Positions 1 through 14,461 of a stretch of DNA of 64,000 nt are shown here, one piece after another. The DNA is from Botryllus schlosseri (taxonomy: Eukaryota), in the NCBI GenBank assembly GCA_051294905.1, contig CM119372.1, forward strand, positions 3,660,001 to 3,724,000, given 5' to 3'. Positions within the stretch are counted from its first letter, which is position 1; each line of letters begins with the position of its first letter. Under the pieces are notes generated by a model that searched no databases, was not told the DNA's origin, and worked only from the letters and a program-made list of their open reading frames with translations. Made by a program: the position numbers and the translations under genes.

Positions 1-574
1 AGTGTGAAACGGGTTTCTATATACTTGCTACCGATATTACCCCATTGATAAGTTATGCAGCAGATAGCCAACACCTCAATCGCAGCGATTTGGTTTTAAT
101 GATCCAGTAAACATATGTCAAGATTGACCCCATACGCCTGCTAGATTGATTAGTTAAATAAGCATCATTCGCTGACTACGTAGCTTATTTCATTCGTGAT
201 GTTTTGTTATTGCGGGTCACGCTCGCAGCAGACTTATATTTACAAACGGAAAGTTGGATATTTGGAGCAAGCTTTTGTACCAAAGCAAGTAAAACTTTTG
301 AGATTGTCAAGGTACTTGCTCGTTTAGTGTTGATTTTTTATGCCTATAGCGTCATGCATAGAGTGGTCTGCAGTTGAAATGCAATAAATTTGAACCAACG
401 ATGTTGTAATGACATGAAAATTGTAATAAATGAAAAAGGTTCACAGTGCAGAACCTACCAAGGTTCTGTTGTGAACGCGAACCTCTAAATTTCCGGGGTT
501 CACACACAGAACGCGAACGTGAACCTCACGTTCACACCATCCCTAGTTCATAGGTCAATAATATTGTCACTTAA

Positions 575-1160
575 CTATGTTGCGGGCCTGCTGTATATCG
601 TTGGGATAAGTTTGCGAAGGCTGGGCTATTCGGCGCATGGACATATCGATATCGAAAGCTGCGATCAACATGCGTTAATCATTTCGTGCCTAGGTTTCAT
701 AGTCGACGGTCTTACTGCGAGCGCAAACGCAAGGTCGCATATGTTGAACGACACTTGTCTCGTAATCGCGAATATAGTTAAACTCAATCTGATACATTGG
801 GTGTTCTTCAATTTTCACAAAAGGGCAACAATTTTAAAAACAAGAAATCGAGGGACCACATATTGCGCTAAGCTTGTAGAAAATTTTTACCTTTGATAAA
901 TCTATCGCAAATTATTCTGCTGTATTGTAGTGTACGAAGATATAGGCTACCAATATGTGAATGGTTGATGGATCTGTCAATGAATCGAAACTGATATTTT
1001 ATTCATCACATCTCAAGTGTTGCGACCAGACTAATAAAATTTTTGGTTGGCCTTGCAAGTTCACAATCTGTGCGATCCATGTTTGATGATATTAGAAATT
1101 TCGGAAATTACCTCGCGGGCCACTCAAAACCATCTCGCGGGCCATGGGTTGGCCGGCCCT
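575..1160. mobile_element. hAT (Charlie-like) non-autonomous element fragment, 3' end
   Basis: Ends ...gcgggccatgggttggccggccctg. Colinear homology with 44750-45239 (cctaggtttcatagtcgacggtc vs cctaggtttcatagccgacggtc). Confidence 0.7.
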
Positions 1161-1369
1161 GACTCTGGTTATTCAGCGATTTTACAATCCATTCTCATGT
1201 TGATTGACTTTTGGTGTCTCGACTTTGTTGGTCATTTAATAATTTGCCCGTGACTGAACAGCTGAATCCTGACTTTGAGCTTGGCCCACTAAGGCTACAT
1301 TTTGTCATTTGGATGAATGCCATTGGCTTTGATGCCACAGAATGCTCTTTCCTCATTTTTCTGCGCCAT

Positions 1370-2291
1370 CATCGGACCATTCACCAAATGTATTTTACGC
1401 AAGTCGATTTAGCACCTAGCAGGTGACCGAGTGCCCCACCTGATGTGCACGCTGAACAACAGCACCTTTGTAGCAGGAGCCGAACATGTGTTGGGAGATG
1501 AGGGTCCAGTTATAGTTCCTAATAACGACGTTTTCCAAAATTTTCAGTCGCTATAGACAGATTTTAATTTAGAGCCTTACACAAGTTCCCGGAATGACGA
1601 ATTAATTCATCCGGTTAAAGTCCGGCCATTTTCTAAAGCACCAACTCGAAAAGTCACTATAATTGAAGGAGGCGTGAATCTACCACAGTTACCGACAGTA
1701 AAATCAAAAACCAAAATATTGGAATGAGTCGGAAATCGATGGCGAACAGAAGTGAAAGTAACCCGTTTCAAAAAAGAAAGGATCGAGCTACACAATCACG
1801 ATAAGCATCGACAATAGATGAATCTGACATATGTCTGATTTGTGTTGAACATTTCGACAAGTCTTTCGCGAGTAGATAAATGGATGAAATGAGTTTCTTG
1901 CACATTTTTGACTGATGAAGGATGCACGATGGGTACTGCTGTATTCAGATGCCAAAACTGCGACGGATCGTTGCCTGGTAGCGTCCCAACATTTCTTTAT
2001 TTAGTTTTATGCAATATACAATTTGTGCTGCAATTTACGTTGCTAATTTCTTTCGTTTTTAGTTATAAATAACCCTGTTACAATTGCCCCTGGGTATACG
2101 GGACGATTGCAACATTTGAGCGACGAGTTTCGCGATCCAAAATTTTCATGATCTATTGTTGATAGAGTTCCATTGTTGTTGTTTTTATCAACTATCGAGT
2201 TGTTAGCTTCTTTACATAAAACTTTAGAAATAAAATTTATACGTAATGTTAGAAAATACAAAAAGTGTTACAATTGGCACGGTCTCCCCTA
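1370..2291 (+). mobile_element. Decayed pogo/Tigger-like DDE transposon, 3' half
   Basis: Frameshifted C-terminal motifs typical of this group: PNVF..DLAPS.VTE (~1380-1430), VRPFSKAPTRK (~1620), Cys-rich DESDICLIC...CQNCD (1818-1965). Terminus ggtctcccc followed by TA at 2290-2291. Confidence 0.6.
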
Positions 2292-2840
2292 CACATGATT
2301 TCCCTTTCATGGACATCGGACATATTGATTCAGGTCGAATCGAGTTTGCTGGTCCATGAGAAAAAGTTTGCCTAGTTCGTATATTCGTACCACTTTTGCT
2401 GTTGTGGACTTCTAGATTTAACTTCAATCCTATATGTAGAAGAATACGAATTCTATCAAGACGTGGTGGTACAACGTTCCTTTGCAGCCTAATTTAAGCT
2501 CGATGTTGATGCTCAATGCCTGTTGATAAACACCCTCTTAAAATATAAAGATATTTCGCGTATTTAAGATAATTTTTCACTACTTTCCGATGAATTTTGC
2601 TCAAAGAGCCGTCCCAGAGTTGGCAACCTTAGAATGATGGCCTTGAAACTACTAGTTCTGTTCGGGTCTACATACATTCGCTAGCAAATATTTTCGATCA
2701 TAAACATGAACAAAATTTTGTCCAATATTGCTGCCCACTGAATTGGTCATTCATCAGTCCAATATAATCGTTGTATAATATGATCGGTATCTTCAAGTGA
2801 TTTAGGGGCCGACATCGGGAAATCTAATCCGCTGTCCATT

Positions 2841-3530
2841 AGGGGTGTTCCAAAATGACTTTTTTTCTCAAATTCTACTGGCTTCTTTATAAAATTGTTA
2901 AGTTACCTCATTGAAGCCTGCACACCAAATTTGGTTCAATTCCAACGAGTAGCCGCATTGCTACAGGAGAACAAAGTTTTTTTCTTTATTATAGAAAAAT
3001 TAGTTTTTTTAAATTCAAAATTTTCTGTCCACCGCATGAAATTGTTCGGTTGTCTATAGAAACGATGCTCAGTGTCACTATACAATATACATGTATTCTA
3101 CCAAGGCAATCGCAGACATTCTCTACAATTAACATATCACTTACTGGTTCTCAACCAGTGTGCCGATTGGACTGCCCAGTAAGGGTGTTCTAAAATGACT
3201 TTTTTTCCTAATTGTACTGGGTACTTGATAAAATTGTTAGGTGACCTAATTTAGGGCTGCACACCAAATTTGGTTCAATTACATCCATTAGCCGCATTAC
3301 TACAAGGGAAGAAGGCTTATTCATTACTGAAAAATAAATAAAAAATAATTCAAAATTTTCTGTCCACCCCATGAAATTGTTAGGTTGTCTGTAGAAACTA
3401 TGCTCACCAAATTTGGCTCAATTCCAACCACTGGAACCGGAGTAATTGCCGTGGAAAAATTTTGGGTTTGAATAAAATAGTATTTACGATGACCAATTCT
3501 TAAATTCTTTATTATGGTTGTGCCCACCGT
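2841..3530. repeat. Diverged ~340-bp tandem duplication, probably DNA-transposon derived
   Basis: aggg(g)tgttc(c/t)aaaatgacttttt...cacaccaaatttggttcaatt at 2841 and 3181, with a partial third copy near 3405. Confidence 0.65.
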
Positions 3531-3655
3531 AAATACTATTTTATTCAAATCCACATTTTTAAAATCAATAACTCCGCATCCACTGGTGTGACGTGAGGTG
3601 TGGAACAGTATCCCGCCGGCCATCCGACAATCGACGAGCATGTCCACTGTCCAGT

Positions 3656-3970
3656 TGTCCACATTCAAGTCGAAATACAAGCAATTTTAATTGCTACTAA
3701 TTGAATACTAGTCCATCCTCAAGATTACCGAACCACGACCTGGCATATCGATCTCGCCATGACATGCCACCCCATTTTTGTCGCTTGCATTTTTCTATAC
3801 TATCGTTTTTTTACTTTTCATTCAGTGTGCATGCCTCCTCTTTACATCGCCTAGGCCAAGGTAGGTGTCTCATTCCATAGACTACTCCAAGTCGCTTCGA
3901 CACCTTCCTATCTTTTCATTGTATCGCAGTTTTGTGGTGTATTGAACTGATAAAAATTGCTAATAAACCA

Positions 3971-4006
<36 letters not shown>

Positions 4007-4014
4007 CTGATGAT
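3656..4014 (+). mobile_element. CR1/L2-group LINE 3' end with (GAT)n tail
   Basis: ORF-end-like TFKSKYKQ..LLLIEY*, conserved 3' UTR, AATAAA, then (GAT)n. Four more copies in the window. Confidence 0.7.
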
Positions 4015-4383
4015 TTATTAGTGCAGGTGCAATAGCATCGAATGACGAGTCAGTGAACTGTGATTCCTTGCTTGCCTGCGTTAGAGGTTGTTAAGTTTGA
4101 TGTAGTCAATCTTTGCAACCATGCAATAATAGATATGACATAATCAACCGCCTAGCTCAAACCTTGAAGTGGTGTGCTAGATCCTGGATCATTACTAATG
4201 TCAGCCGATAGCTTTCCAGATTAGTGTGGGTCTATTTAGCCTGCAGCAGTCTATCGCTATTCTATAATTTCACGCTACATGAAATAGGCTACATCTTCAA
4301 CATGACGGCATGAGCTGAAGTTAACTGGTTGACTTCTTTTATAATTTGACAATGTATGATAAAAGAAAGCTCATGAGCTAGAA

Positions 4384-5047
4384 CAGTGGTTCCCAACCTT
4401 TTTCGTCTCGTGTCCCCCTTGGCCGATATTTGAGCTAAAATTCCCCCAATGAAAAAGTCACATGTGACTAAATAAATGTGCTTTTTAACGCGCAACCATT
4501 TGTTGACTGAGCAATTTCATGGCCAAATATATTCAGGTATGTCCGAACTATGTCGAATGGGGACCGCACTAAACTTTGGCCGCAGACGAAAAATAAATCA
4601 TCAAGTCCGCTTGCTGAAGACTTGAGTTGAATCTATGAATTTGGTGTGTTTTTCGCGTTAGCTCATATGTTGGCTCAAAAAGTTAAACAATTACACTATA
4701 GCGGCATTGTGCTGAATTCGGCTTGACGTTTTCCTGCTTAGTAGCAATTTGGTCGAGAGGCTGTCTCGGGCCAAACGAAATCGTCTCGTGGGTCTCACTT
4801 TATCAACGGGTGTAATATCTACGGAAGGCATTTAAACATACACCTAGCTTGAAATCCGCCAAAGAAACATACAATTGTAAAGAACTAATTTCTACTTGAC
4901 ATAAAAATCTAAAAACCTTGTGAACCCATTGTATCTTCCGATACAATGCCAAAGCCAGATTCCCCCTAAAATATTTAAGCCAGATTCCCCCCTAAAATTT
5001 CAATATTCCCCCCAAGGGGGGAATTCCCCCCCGGTTGGGAACCCCTG
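4384..5047. mobile_element. hAT MITE
   Basis: TIRs cagtggttcccaacc / ggttgggaacccctg. 8-bp TSD agctagaa/agctagag (7 of 8). Confidence 0.8.
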
Positions 5048-5320
5048 AGCTAGAGCAATCTAACATCCCGGTCTGCTTCAAAGCCGTGTTATAATGTCAT
5101 ATACACATCACGTAATCTCGTTCCATATGGATCACTAACAATGTTCCCTCTAATTTTCGACGAGTCTGCTCGCACTCACCAGCAACTCACTGCGCGGTGC
5201 CTTGGACAACAGTGCGTAACGACTAAAAAAGAAGCTGCGATTACAAACTTATAGGGGGACCCCCGCACAAGTCTCGCCCAGCCCCCAATCGTATGGCCAC
5301 CACTGGCAGTGATGACAGCC

Positions 5321-5646
5321 CAGTGGTTCCCAACCTTTTTCGACTCATCGCCCCCTTTTCAAGCTCAACGCCGATCATCGCCCCCCAGATTTTGTGAACC
5401 GAAAAGTCGGTATACAATCTGTAATCATCGGCGGGTTGACTAAAAAAAGGTCAACTTTTCGGCTCGTTGTCGAATTTTACACTTTTGGAACTAAATTTCC
5501 GTGGGTTGACCAAAAAAAAGATAATATCTCTGACTTGACTCCAATATAGCCATTTTAACGCCTCATCACCCCCATTCACCATTTTCGCCCCCTGTCGCCC
5601 CCTTTGTCCATTTTCGTCCTTCTATCGCCCACGTTGGGAACCACTG
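5321..5646. mobile_element. hAT MITE
   Basis: TIRs cagtggttcccaac / gttgggaaccactg with subterminal tcgccccc repeats. TSD degraded. Confidence 0.7.
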
Positions 5647-6552
5647 ATCTAGCCTATATTCGAATACAATTCTCACAATCAAACAGAACTATGACTACAC
5701 TGATGAACAGTGGACACTCTATACATTTCACATACACAGAAGATACGCCTATAGAGTGCAAAATACAAGTGATGAAGGATAAGTGAATTGAGTAGCCATC
5801 TCCATCCATTTTAAATACTGTTCACAACATTAAATCATTCAAGTGACGTGGGGTAGGCTACCAATCATACAATACGGCTTTTGGCTGGCACAGTGTTCGT
5901 TCGTGAAATGGAGGGATATCTATAGCCTAGATATCCATGGTGAATTGACAGCTTGCAGCTGGCGTCAACTCGTCGAGGCGCTGGGTGAGAAGAGTGCCAG
6001 GTATATGCAATATGCATGCATATCGGTTGAGGCGTCGTATGGACTTGTTTGCTTGGATTATTAAAAAACTTATCAGTACGTATCAAAAATTCGTGCGGAC
6101 CAGAAAAAAACGGATTGAGTGACCCACGGGACCATCTCGGCATCGACCCACAAGAAAAAGTGAGTGCAATTATTTAAATCCTTTGGGACGGTGATTTCAG
6201 TTCGAATGTAAGTCATCTTGGATCAGACTCGGCCCAGGGAAAAAGCGTTTCGATTCACCGCCGTAACCAAAACCACCGGTGTGACTACTGCTAGAAGAGA
6301 GATTGTCTAATTAACGAGTGACAGATGGAGTGTCATACACATTACACAAGCTCTGATGATGGCGAGAAAATATAATTGATGAGTAACTGCGGAGGAGTGA
6401 TGTATATTAAGAAATGAGTGACTGCAAGCGTTGTCTAATCTTATGGTACACACGTATAGGTAGGTTGCGAAAGGTCGTGGGCGCATATACGACATAACGT
6501 CATAATTCGCCAACATAGTCAAGTTAGTGCAATCACATCGCGTGATGAATGA

Positions 6553-6796
6553 TTCAGTTCAGTTTATTATCAAAACTTCATCATTTCAAAATACCACAAG
6601 ACTGCGATGCAATAATGAAAAGATACGAAGGTGGCGAAACGACTTGGGGTAGTCTTTGGAATCAGACACCTACCTGGGCCTAGGCGATGTAAAGAGGAGG
6701 CACGCAAATTGAATGGAAAGTAAAAGAAATTAGTATAAAAGGACAAGCGACAAAATCAGACGAGATCAATATATATGTCAGGTCGTGGTCTGATAA
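6553..6796 (-). mobile_element. LINE 3' end, same family as 3656-4014
   Basis: Reverse complement of the shared UTR (cctaggcgatgtaaagaggagg). Tail of ACTGA-type repeats. Confidence 0.7.
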
Positions 6797-6982
6797 AGTG
6801 GGGACTGACTAGCATTTACTCAGTAGAATGATGCTGAACCTTAAAGTAGTTTTGGGATATACAAGGACAAATCCTGACCAAATGCGTAAAATAATGACGG
6901 CATAAATAAGCATTAAGCATGTCCCACAAAGCAATACCTTTGAGTCGATGGGAAACGGTCAATGCACATGAAGAAATAACTA

Positions 6983-7519
6983 TAGGGCTGGGCAAAATCG
7001 AGTATACCAGAGATATTCGATTCTGAATCACGTATTATGCTTCTAGTCGAGTCGAGTAATCGAGTAGGCTATCACTCATTTTGACGTCATAGCAGAATAC
7101 AATACGTCCAAGTTCAAATATGTACCTTTGTGCCACCAAAAAGAACATAATGCCTGTTATGCATTATATTAAAGATATTTTGGTATTATTTCGACCATAC
7201 CGATTGATATCGACTTCGTTGCACTTCGTGACAATGCTGTGGGATGATCATGACTTCGTAAATGTGTTATTTTATTTCCGGTAACGTTCGTGGCTTTGTG
7301 CAATATGTTTCGTATGCTGCGATAAGCCAATCAAGGTTTCAAGACTTCCACAGTGGCAAATAGTACTGAAACCACAATTCTCGATGAGAAATTAACTTGC
7401 CATGGTGAGGAGCGTATAATTCCAGTACTCGAAAAAATCGTCTTTTACTACTCAAACTCGAATCAATAAATTAAAACCCGATTCAGATTTCCGTACTCGA
7501 ATCATTGTGCCCAGCCCTA
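6983..7519. mobile_element. hAT MITE
   Basis: TIRs tagggctgggca / tgcccagcccta with cgagta subterminal repeats. gaaataac flanks both sides, with an extra TA on the left. Confidence 0.75.
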
Positions 7520-8103
7520 GAAATAACTGAATACACAACTATCGTTACGGAAACGTATATCAGCATCTACGGCGCGGAATCGCTCGATAAGTGCACTGGA
7601 GAAGGGTTATCCGTTATCGGAATATCTGTGTGTAGATTCATCTTTAAGCGTTATTGGCACAGCACGTACTCATCGTCGCACGAGCTCAGATTTGTCGCTC
7701 TTCATGTTTCGCAAGTCGTGTCGTTTAAGATACGTGATAAGTCTAATAGATTTTCGGATGCGTGGGTGGGTAACTCAAAGCAGGAAGTCGTGTGTTGCAA
7801 TGGCAAAGATATTAAAGACGTTTTTCATCCGAAATATATACCTGTCAAGGTTGGTGTCAATCCGTCTGTTACCTCGACTGGATTGAATGAAGGGTGATCT
7901 GCTTTTAAGCGGATTTCCCTCAGTCCCTGTCTAATTCCAGGGGATTCGGTTTGGTTCATGGTCCCATCAGCAATAATGGTTCCGTCGATTGTGTAGAGGT
8001 TTGTTCGGCTCGGCTTTCTAGCAGCGGTTGGAATGCGTAGCCAGACGAGAGTTATAGCTGTCCTTGTATCTATGTAAAAAAGACAAGTATGTAAGCTATA
8101 GGG

Positions 8104-8687
8104 CAGGGGCGCGCAACTTCTCCGATCGGCGGGCCTGATATGGGAAAATGAAGTACTTGGCGGCCGGGATCACAGAATCGATACACTAATCGCGTGTTTA
8201 TTCACCTTTACAATGGAATAAATAGTATTCAATGTAAACCTCAAGATTACAGCATAGAGACCAAAAGTAGTATTTAATGTACTTCAATAGCTGTAGAAGT
8301 CAGTCAGACATCTGTGGTTGATCAAAATTGTCTGCAAGTTCTTTGAACTTTGGCTGCATGTTGGATGTAGAAACCCATATCGTAAAGACCGCACGTATGA
8401 ACATCAGTTCCAGCCTTGTCCTGTTGATGTCCATGGTAGAAGTTTTTTGCTATGTAGATTGTAGACCCGAACACAAGTATAGCTATAGTAACTATAGGCT
8501 ACATTAATGACCAATTGACCATCTTTCTAGGTTTGCAAACTTGGATTAATTCTGTTACGCATATAATTTGTCAATACTTTCGGATTAGAATTAGAATTTC
8601 ATTTTCAGGGCAGAAGTTCTCTGCGGGCCACTCAAAATCCCGTGGCGGGCCGGACCTGGCCCGCGGGCCGTATGTTGCCCGTACCTG
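8104..8687 (-). mobile_element. Charlie/Buster-type hAT deletion derivative
   Basis: TIRs caggggcgcgcaac / gttgcccgtacctg and gcgggcc subterminal motifs. Minus strand keeps a transposase C-terminal remnant (VFGST...MDINRTRL...MQPKFKELA). Confidence 0.7.
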
Positions 8688-11600
8688 CCGTAGGACGATC
8701 ATGGATATGAAGTAGTGTGGCCGTTATGCGAAGGCTCGGTCATGTCGTCGCCGTTTTGCGAATATGCGAGCTAGCAAGTGATGAAAATAGGTGTTCTTGC
8801 AGTAGAATTCAGTCTGTATAGTTCAGTTTCATTCTATAAATCTTGATCGGACGATCTGTCAGCGATGCGATGCGCTTGGCTAGCGCCGGTCTTCGAAGCA
8901 ATCCCGGTCATCAGTCCGAGGATTCGTGTCGAATGGCATCGAGTCGATGTGTCGTACGAAAAGCATGTACTATATGGCGAGGTCCGCAATTCCGTGTGAT
9001 TGCAATCCCGTGTCCACGAAGACAAGTTAACGTTTCCAATGTGGCCAGTACCAATCTCGTTATCATGTTCCGTGAGTTCATCGCTTTCCATCGTTGATCC
9101 TGGTGAAGCTCGCGACAATACACTGTTCACGTCTGCAGTGGAGCATTCCCACGACCACGTCGGTTATCACGTCGGGGTCATCAGAATGTAGCGTACAGGC
9201 GTTCTTGGCGCGTTCCCCAAGGTTCGCGGTCTCCAAATCGACCAAGTTAAGACGTTCGCATAGTGCATTTAAAACAACTAAAACCCATGACGATGCCAGT
9301 AGCACGAATCCTAAAAGTCGACCATCAAAAAATCTCGGAAGCTAGACGAAGTAACATCACGATCACGAAATAATAGCAATCAATCAGAGTATAGGGCAAG
9401 TTTTTGTTGTAGCCTACTAAAATCGCGAGAAAGCTGCAATTAATTGTAACTAATGTTGCATTTATAATTTTTGTCAAAATTTTAGGGTATGAGATACTCG
9501 AAAGATTCCATTGTATAAACTAGTTCCTGCAGAGCTATCAAATTTGTTACTTTCCCATTTTTGGACTATCTGGAGAAACCACCAACAATTACATTTCACC
9601 GGTACACAGCAAGAATATGACGCAATGCGGAAATAATTTCCACAAAAAGCAAAACATCATAATCCGCCCCCCGCCCTTCCCTAAAACAGTCGAATAGGCT
9701 ACCACACCCCAAACCTCCGAGGTCTGTAAATCTGACCCAAGGCATTGCAGAAAAACTCACTCTATGCGATTTAATAAAATCTATAACCTGAAAAAGGTGG
9801 CCCAGTGAAAATATAATTTTCTGTGGTCTCGCCTGGGCGTTCGTGAAATGCGAAACTATCTCAAATTCAAACGACAGAATTATTAAAGCTATTTATTTAC
9901 ATACTGTTCGGGCACGATCGTGCTTGGCAGGGGTAGTTAAACTTCTTGCTTGCGAGCCATTGTGTCGCAGGTAACAGTGAGATGTAGCTAATCCATCATA
10001 TAGCTCTTTAGTTATGTAGGCTATATCAAGGAGAATAGAATCAAACTATAGTTTATATCATGTTTTTTTAAATCACCCCTTTACATTTTTACGCAATACG
10101 CAGTAAAATTGGCATGAAAAATATAGAAAAGTTGCAAAAAGTTTCACTATAAAATCCCTCCAAAAAGCTAAAACTTCATAGGACATATTGATTCTGAGTA
10201 TCCAGCAAGCTGCCGGAGGATGTAAAAACAAGTTGCAAATGTTGCAAAAACTTGCCCTAGTAATAAGGCGTTCACGCTTCATTATAATTTTAATTCTCAT
10301 CTAATTTGGAAAATAATTTGTAGCTCCAATTTTAATTCTAATCTAACCTTGAAAAACTGGGGTTGCCTTAAGGGACTTACAGATGTACGAATTATGTTTT
10401 TTCGGGATTCATTTAATCCTGTTTAATAAATTGAAATTCTGATCCGATCCAGATCCGGATTCTGTCTTCAGTGTTAATCCGAATCCCAAAAAAATCCGCT
10501 GTTAAAGGTTGAGGATATATTCACCACGTCATCGATATTTTTTATATTCATACCAGTTGGTAGAAGCTTGAAAGTTTGCTATTAATAATTTTTCGAAAGT
10601 GTGGTGCAACGCAGCGTATGAATATGTGAATTATTTGTATTTACGACTGTTCCAGGCTAGTTCTAACATTTCCGCTTCACAAAGTCACGCTCATGTGACC
10701 GACCGATCGATGTCATTTCACAATGTGTACATTTAACAATACACAGCAAATATTGACAATCTCGATCCCGTTAGTCTTGTACGCACTGGTAATGTTGCCA
10801 TGACGTAAGCTAATTCGAGAACAAAAAGGAACTAGACATTTCAGGTCAACAGTTATAGTTTTACGTGCGTTTCGATCATACGTTATACCACTATTTATGT
10901 GATCTAAATCTGACGAGGATTTGAGATTTTCACTACAGTGAGACAGTGGCAGGCTAAAACTTTCATTTTTTCAGATTCCACCAATTCACCATCATTTCTG
11001 AGTTTCGTTCAACGCATAGCAGTGCGATTCCATAGGCCTTATAGCTATGCTTGCCCAATGCCCATGCTTGATTACAGTGATGTCTAATCTGTTAACTGAA
11101 TAGAAAATTACTACTACCATTCTTAGAAGCAAAGTTACAACAATTAATTCGAATTTGAAATAGAGAATATGAAATTGATAATGTGATGCAAAAATGAAAG
11201 AAAAATTATTTCAAGAGATTTACATTGAAATGAAACGTATAGGCTCTGACATTACAGTTTACAGTGGGGAGTATCCGAAGAGTAGCCTACTCAAGAGTTT
11301 CAAAAGTTAGATTCAATCGTCATATACTTTCAGCAGTCAGTCGGAGGGGGCTATGCTTCCGAAATGACAAGATGTATCTTCTCGACAAACGCAAAATGAC
11401 TTGTGACACTTTGTACAGGTTCAATCTTATTTCGAAGCTATACTACTTTTCAAATTCCAAAAATTACAAATTAAGGATATTTTCCTATCAAACAGTTGAA
11501 AGTTGGAGTGGAAGTAGTCTCAAAAGGTAACCACTTGGGTAAGAAGCGAAAGTACAAAAACTACTTGGATACTCCGAAAAATTAGACGGACTTCGGTATT

Positions 11601-12118
11601 GATCACATCTGGGAACTCTCACACTCTCACACTTTAACATCTGACGAAGGAGCGGAGCTCCGAAAGCTCGTGTGATAAATAAAATTATTACGTTGCAAGT
11701 GGACGCTAAATAAGGTGTGAAAGCAACCAAGATCTTAATATTATCTATATCGTCTGCTATCGGTTCAAAGAATTATTCAACTACAGACAGAGCTGATTTA
11801 AAAAACGTTGCACAAAATAGTATAATACGGAACATAAACAGCGATGCTATACCACATTGTGGGAGGCGTTGTCATGGTCATAGGATCAGCTAGTCATTGG
11901 TGCGTACACGATAATCTCGATATCACTGTCGCTGTATGTCATTATAAGACAATAAAAAAAAAGAAATTGTAGATCAGCTATTGATATGCAACTGAAAGCT
12001 CTAGTGATAGGCGATAAGTTTTGCCAACTTCGTTATGTTCGATTCAAGAACCCAGCGATGCTATAGAGAGCGTCTACGACTTAAGAGCAACTTGAAAATG
12101 GCTTATTTTCATCATAGC

Positions 12119-12800
12119 TAGGGTTACCATATTTTAGAATCGGGAAAGGTGGACTCTTTTATCAAATCTTAAAAGTTCACCGAAATTGAGAACAGCTGAA
12201 TTGGAAATGTTTACCAGAAATAATGTTGTGTTGACTACAAAAAATCTATGAAGGAGGACGAATTGCCAAAAGGGAGGACATTTAGGCGTCCCCGGAGTAC
12301 ATTTTCAATTTCCGGTGAAGGAGGATAAATCCTCGACAAATCGTGGCAGATGAGCTGCGTATTGTAATTGTTGGTTAACCTTTTCTCGCATTCTATTCAA
12401 TAATGCAAGGTAGTATTTAACCGACTTAGTTGCAACTGCTTGAATTTCGTCTTCAGTATTACTACTGGCGTGGCCAGAAGTGCAAAAGGTGACCTCATCC
12501 CCACCTTAAAACAAATCCAACGACTCAACCTAGTATGAGGTTATCTGTCCTCACTTAATCAAATGAATCCGTGACGCTGCGTTATTGTTAAAAACTTTGC
12601 CTTCGGCGATCGGGCCCTTCAAGTACGACGTATATCCATATCATGCTAGGGAAGTTCGGCCTACCCTAGGCCGACCACATGTCATCTTTTTGGAGGATTT
12701 GTCCTCTTTTCTCAAGAAAAGTGAATGGTCCTCCTCCTCCGACGTCAAAAATGCCCAAATGTCCTACTTTGCGCATTTCAAGTTGGTTGCTTATCCTTTC
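12119..12800. mobile_element. hAT element of TAGGGTTACCA (Blackjack-like) type, partial
   Basis: Starts tagggttaccatatttt with ggaggac/gtcctc subterminal repeats. Related to the elements at 25036 and 26962. Right end not resolved. Confidence 0.55.
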
Positions 12801-13519
12801 ATCAATACTTTTAGACGAGACGTCGTATATATTTTCGAAGAAATACTGTAGCCATGAAACAAGCTAGGTAGCTGGTTTAAAAAAGGTTTTCCAACAAATT
12901 GCCCGAACAGCACTATACCTTCTACATTTGTAATATCAAACATTATTCAACCTTCTCTGTAGCAACAGGGCCTTTTTACATGCGAAGATCTGCCGTAATT
13001 TATATTTGTTACTGCCACAATGGCGCAACGAAGGAGACATCTATAGTTGGATCAGTTTCGAGCTAGACGGTTGATATTTCGTGTAAACAATTCCATGAGC
13101 TCATTAACAATACCTTAATGAGAAAAGTTATGGGAAACGCAAAGTATCCAAAGACTGAATCTGAAAAATAAATTTGATTTTTTGTTTTTGTGTCCATTTT
13201 CGTAGCTTTTGCCCGCAACCATCGAAAAAATGCAAAACATCATCAAACTCAAATGTAACAATTCCATAATTTCGTTTTACATAATACATCTATATTTCAA
13301 TACCGTTTGGGTGACATCACCTCTGTAACGATGTGTGACATACTCTGAGGTCAGTTTCTCCCAATTTACCAAGAAAACACGCGATACCCTTGTAACCTTG
13401 TTATGAAGTAGATGTCCATGACGCCCGACCGAAACGTGATGTACAAAACAACCTATGTCCGAGCTGAGTGACTTATTAATATGACTCCCGTTAGGTATCT
13501 AGTTGGTTTTCGGACACTC

Positions 13520-13900
13520 GGTTTACAGCTTAAATTCCCGTGGTAATAGATTATAAAGAATTGGCGTAGTTCTAGAGGTGGAGCTTAATTGTAGATGTAG
13601 ATTATTGGGGGGTATTTTAAGACCGAACATTTTCTTTTCCTCCTGTAATATTTTACATTGTGTGTCTTGAGCGGATAAAAATAATTGAAGACCGTTGATT
13701 ATGATATTGATTACTCCATAATCCCTTTTATATGTGAAAAGTGACTCCAATTGATCTTCTTCGACAGCCCAAATCTATAGTAGCGTTGACCAACATATCA
13801 ATAATGCGCTAGGATACGGTGCCACAACTACAATTATTATTTATTACTTGCTGTCAGTATTTTCACAAGTCTCTGGATATAACGTTTTGGACCTGGTTTT
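13520..13900 (-). mobile_element. Degraded LINE ORF2 C-terminal fragment (CR1-like)
   Basis: Minus-strand LES...CKIL...PN...PILYNLLPREFK resembles the end of CR1-group ORF2. Confidence 0.4.
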
Positions 13901-14338
13901 GCTGTCAATCGAGCTATGCATGTATCGTACCCTCTACCTCGGAAAAAAGAGAAAGAAATATGGAATGGAAACAGTAAGATTTGTATGGTGTTAAGCAACT
14001 GATTGAAATATAAATATCAAATAAATATTTTCAATACTGTATATTTCTATCCCAAAATAAGTTTTTATGTCGCAATAAGTCTACTTTGGTTAGGTAATAA
14101 TGTATGAATAGTATTCGGATTCCGGTTGTATCGCGGAAATATTGCATTTTAGTGAAGTCCATGTGTTTGGAGATGGGCGACCAAGACAAATATAGTCTTA
14201 CGCGATTTAGTTTTTGTCCCGACGGTATTGGGTGATGACATGCTGTAGTAAAAGCGCCGTTGGTACTCTTTGACAGACTCAACAAAGAAATGGAAAGTAC
14301 TTCCCATCTCATTAGCACTGGAAACATCGTGGTTTTTT

Positions 14339-14461
14339 ATGGACTTACAATTTACCGATTCAAGCTCAGCTAAGAAGAATACAAAGTTCGATACCGACCC
14401 CGAATATATCACACCAACGATTGAGAAGAGCCATGACGGCTATCGGAGGTTCTTTTTTGAG
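14339..14461 (+). CDS. LRR gene, putative first coding exon
   Basis: MDLQFTDSS...YRRFFFE, then GAG|GTAGGA donor. Phase 0, joins in frame to 17415. True start could lie upstream. Confidence 0.5.

Noticed and set aside
7520..9350. Possible minus-strand gene (acceptor near 8070, several short ORFs)
   Set aside because: Frames are interrupted by stops and I recognise no domain.
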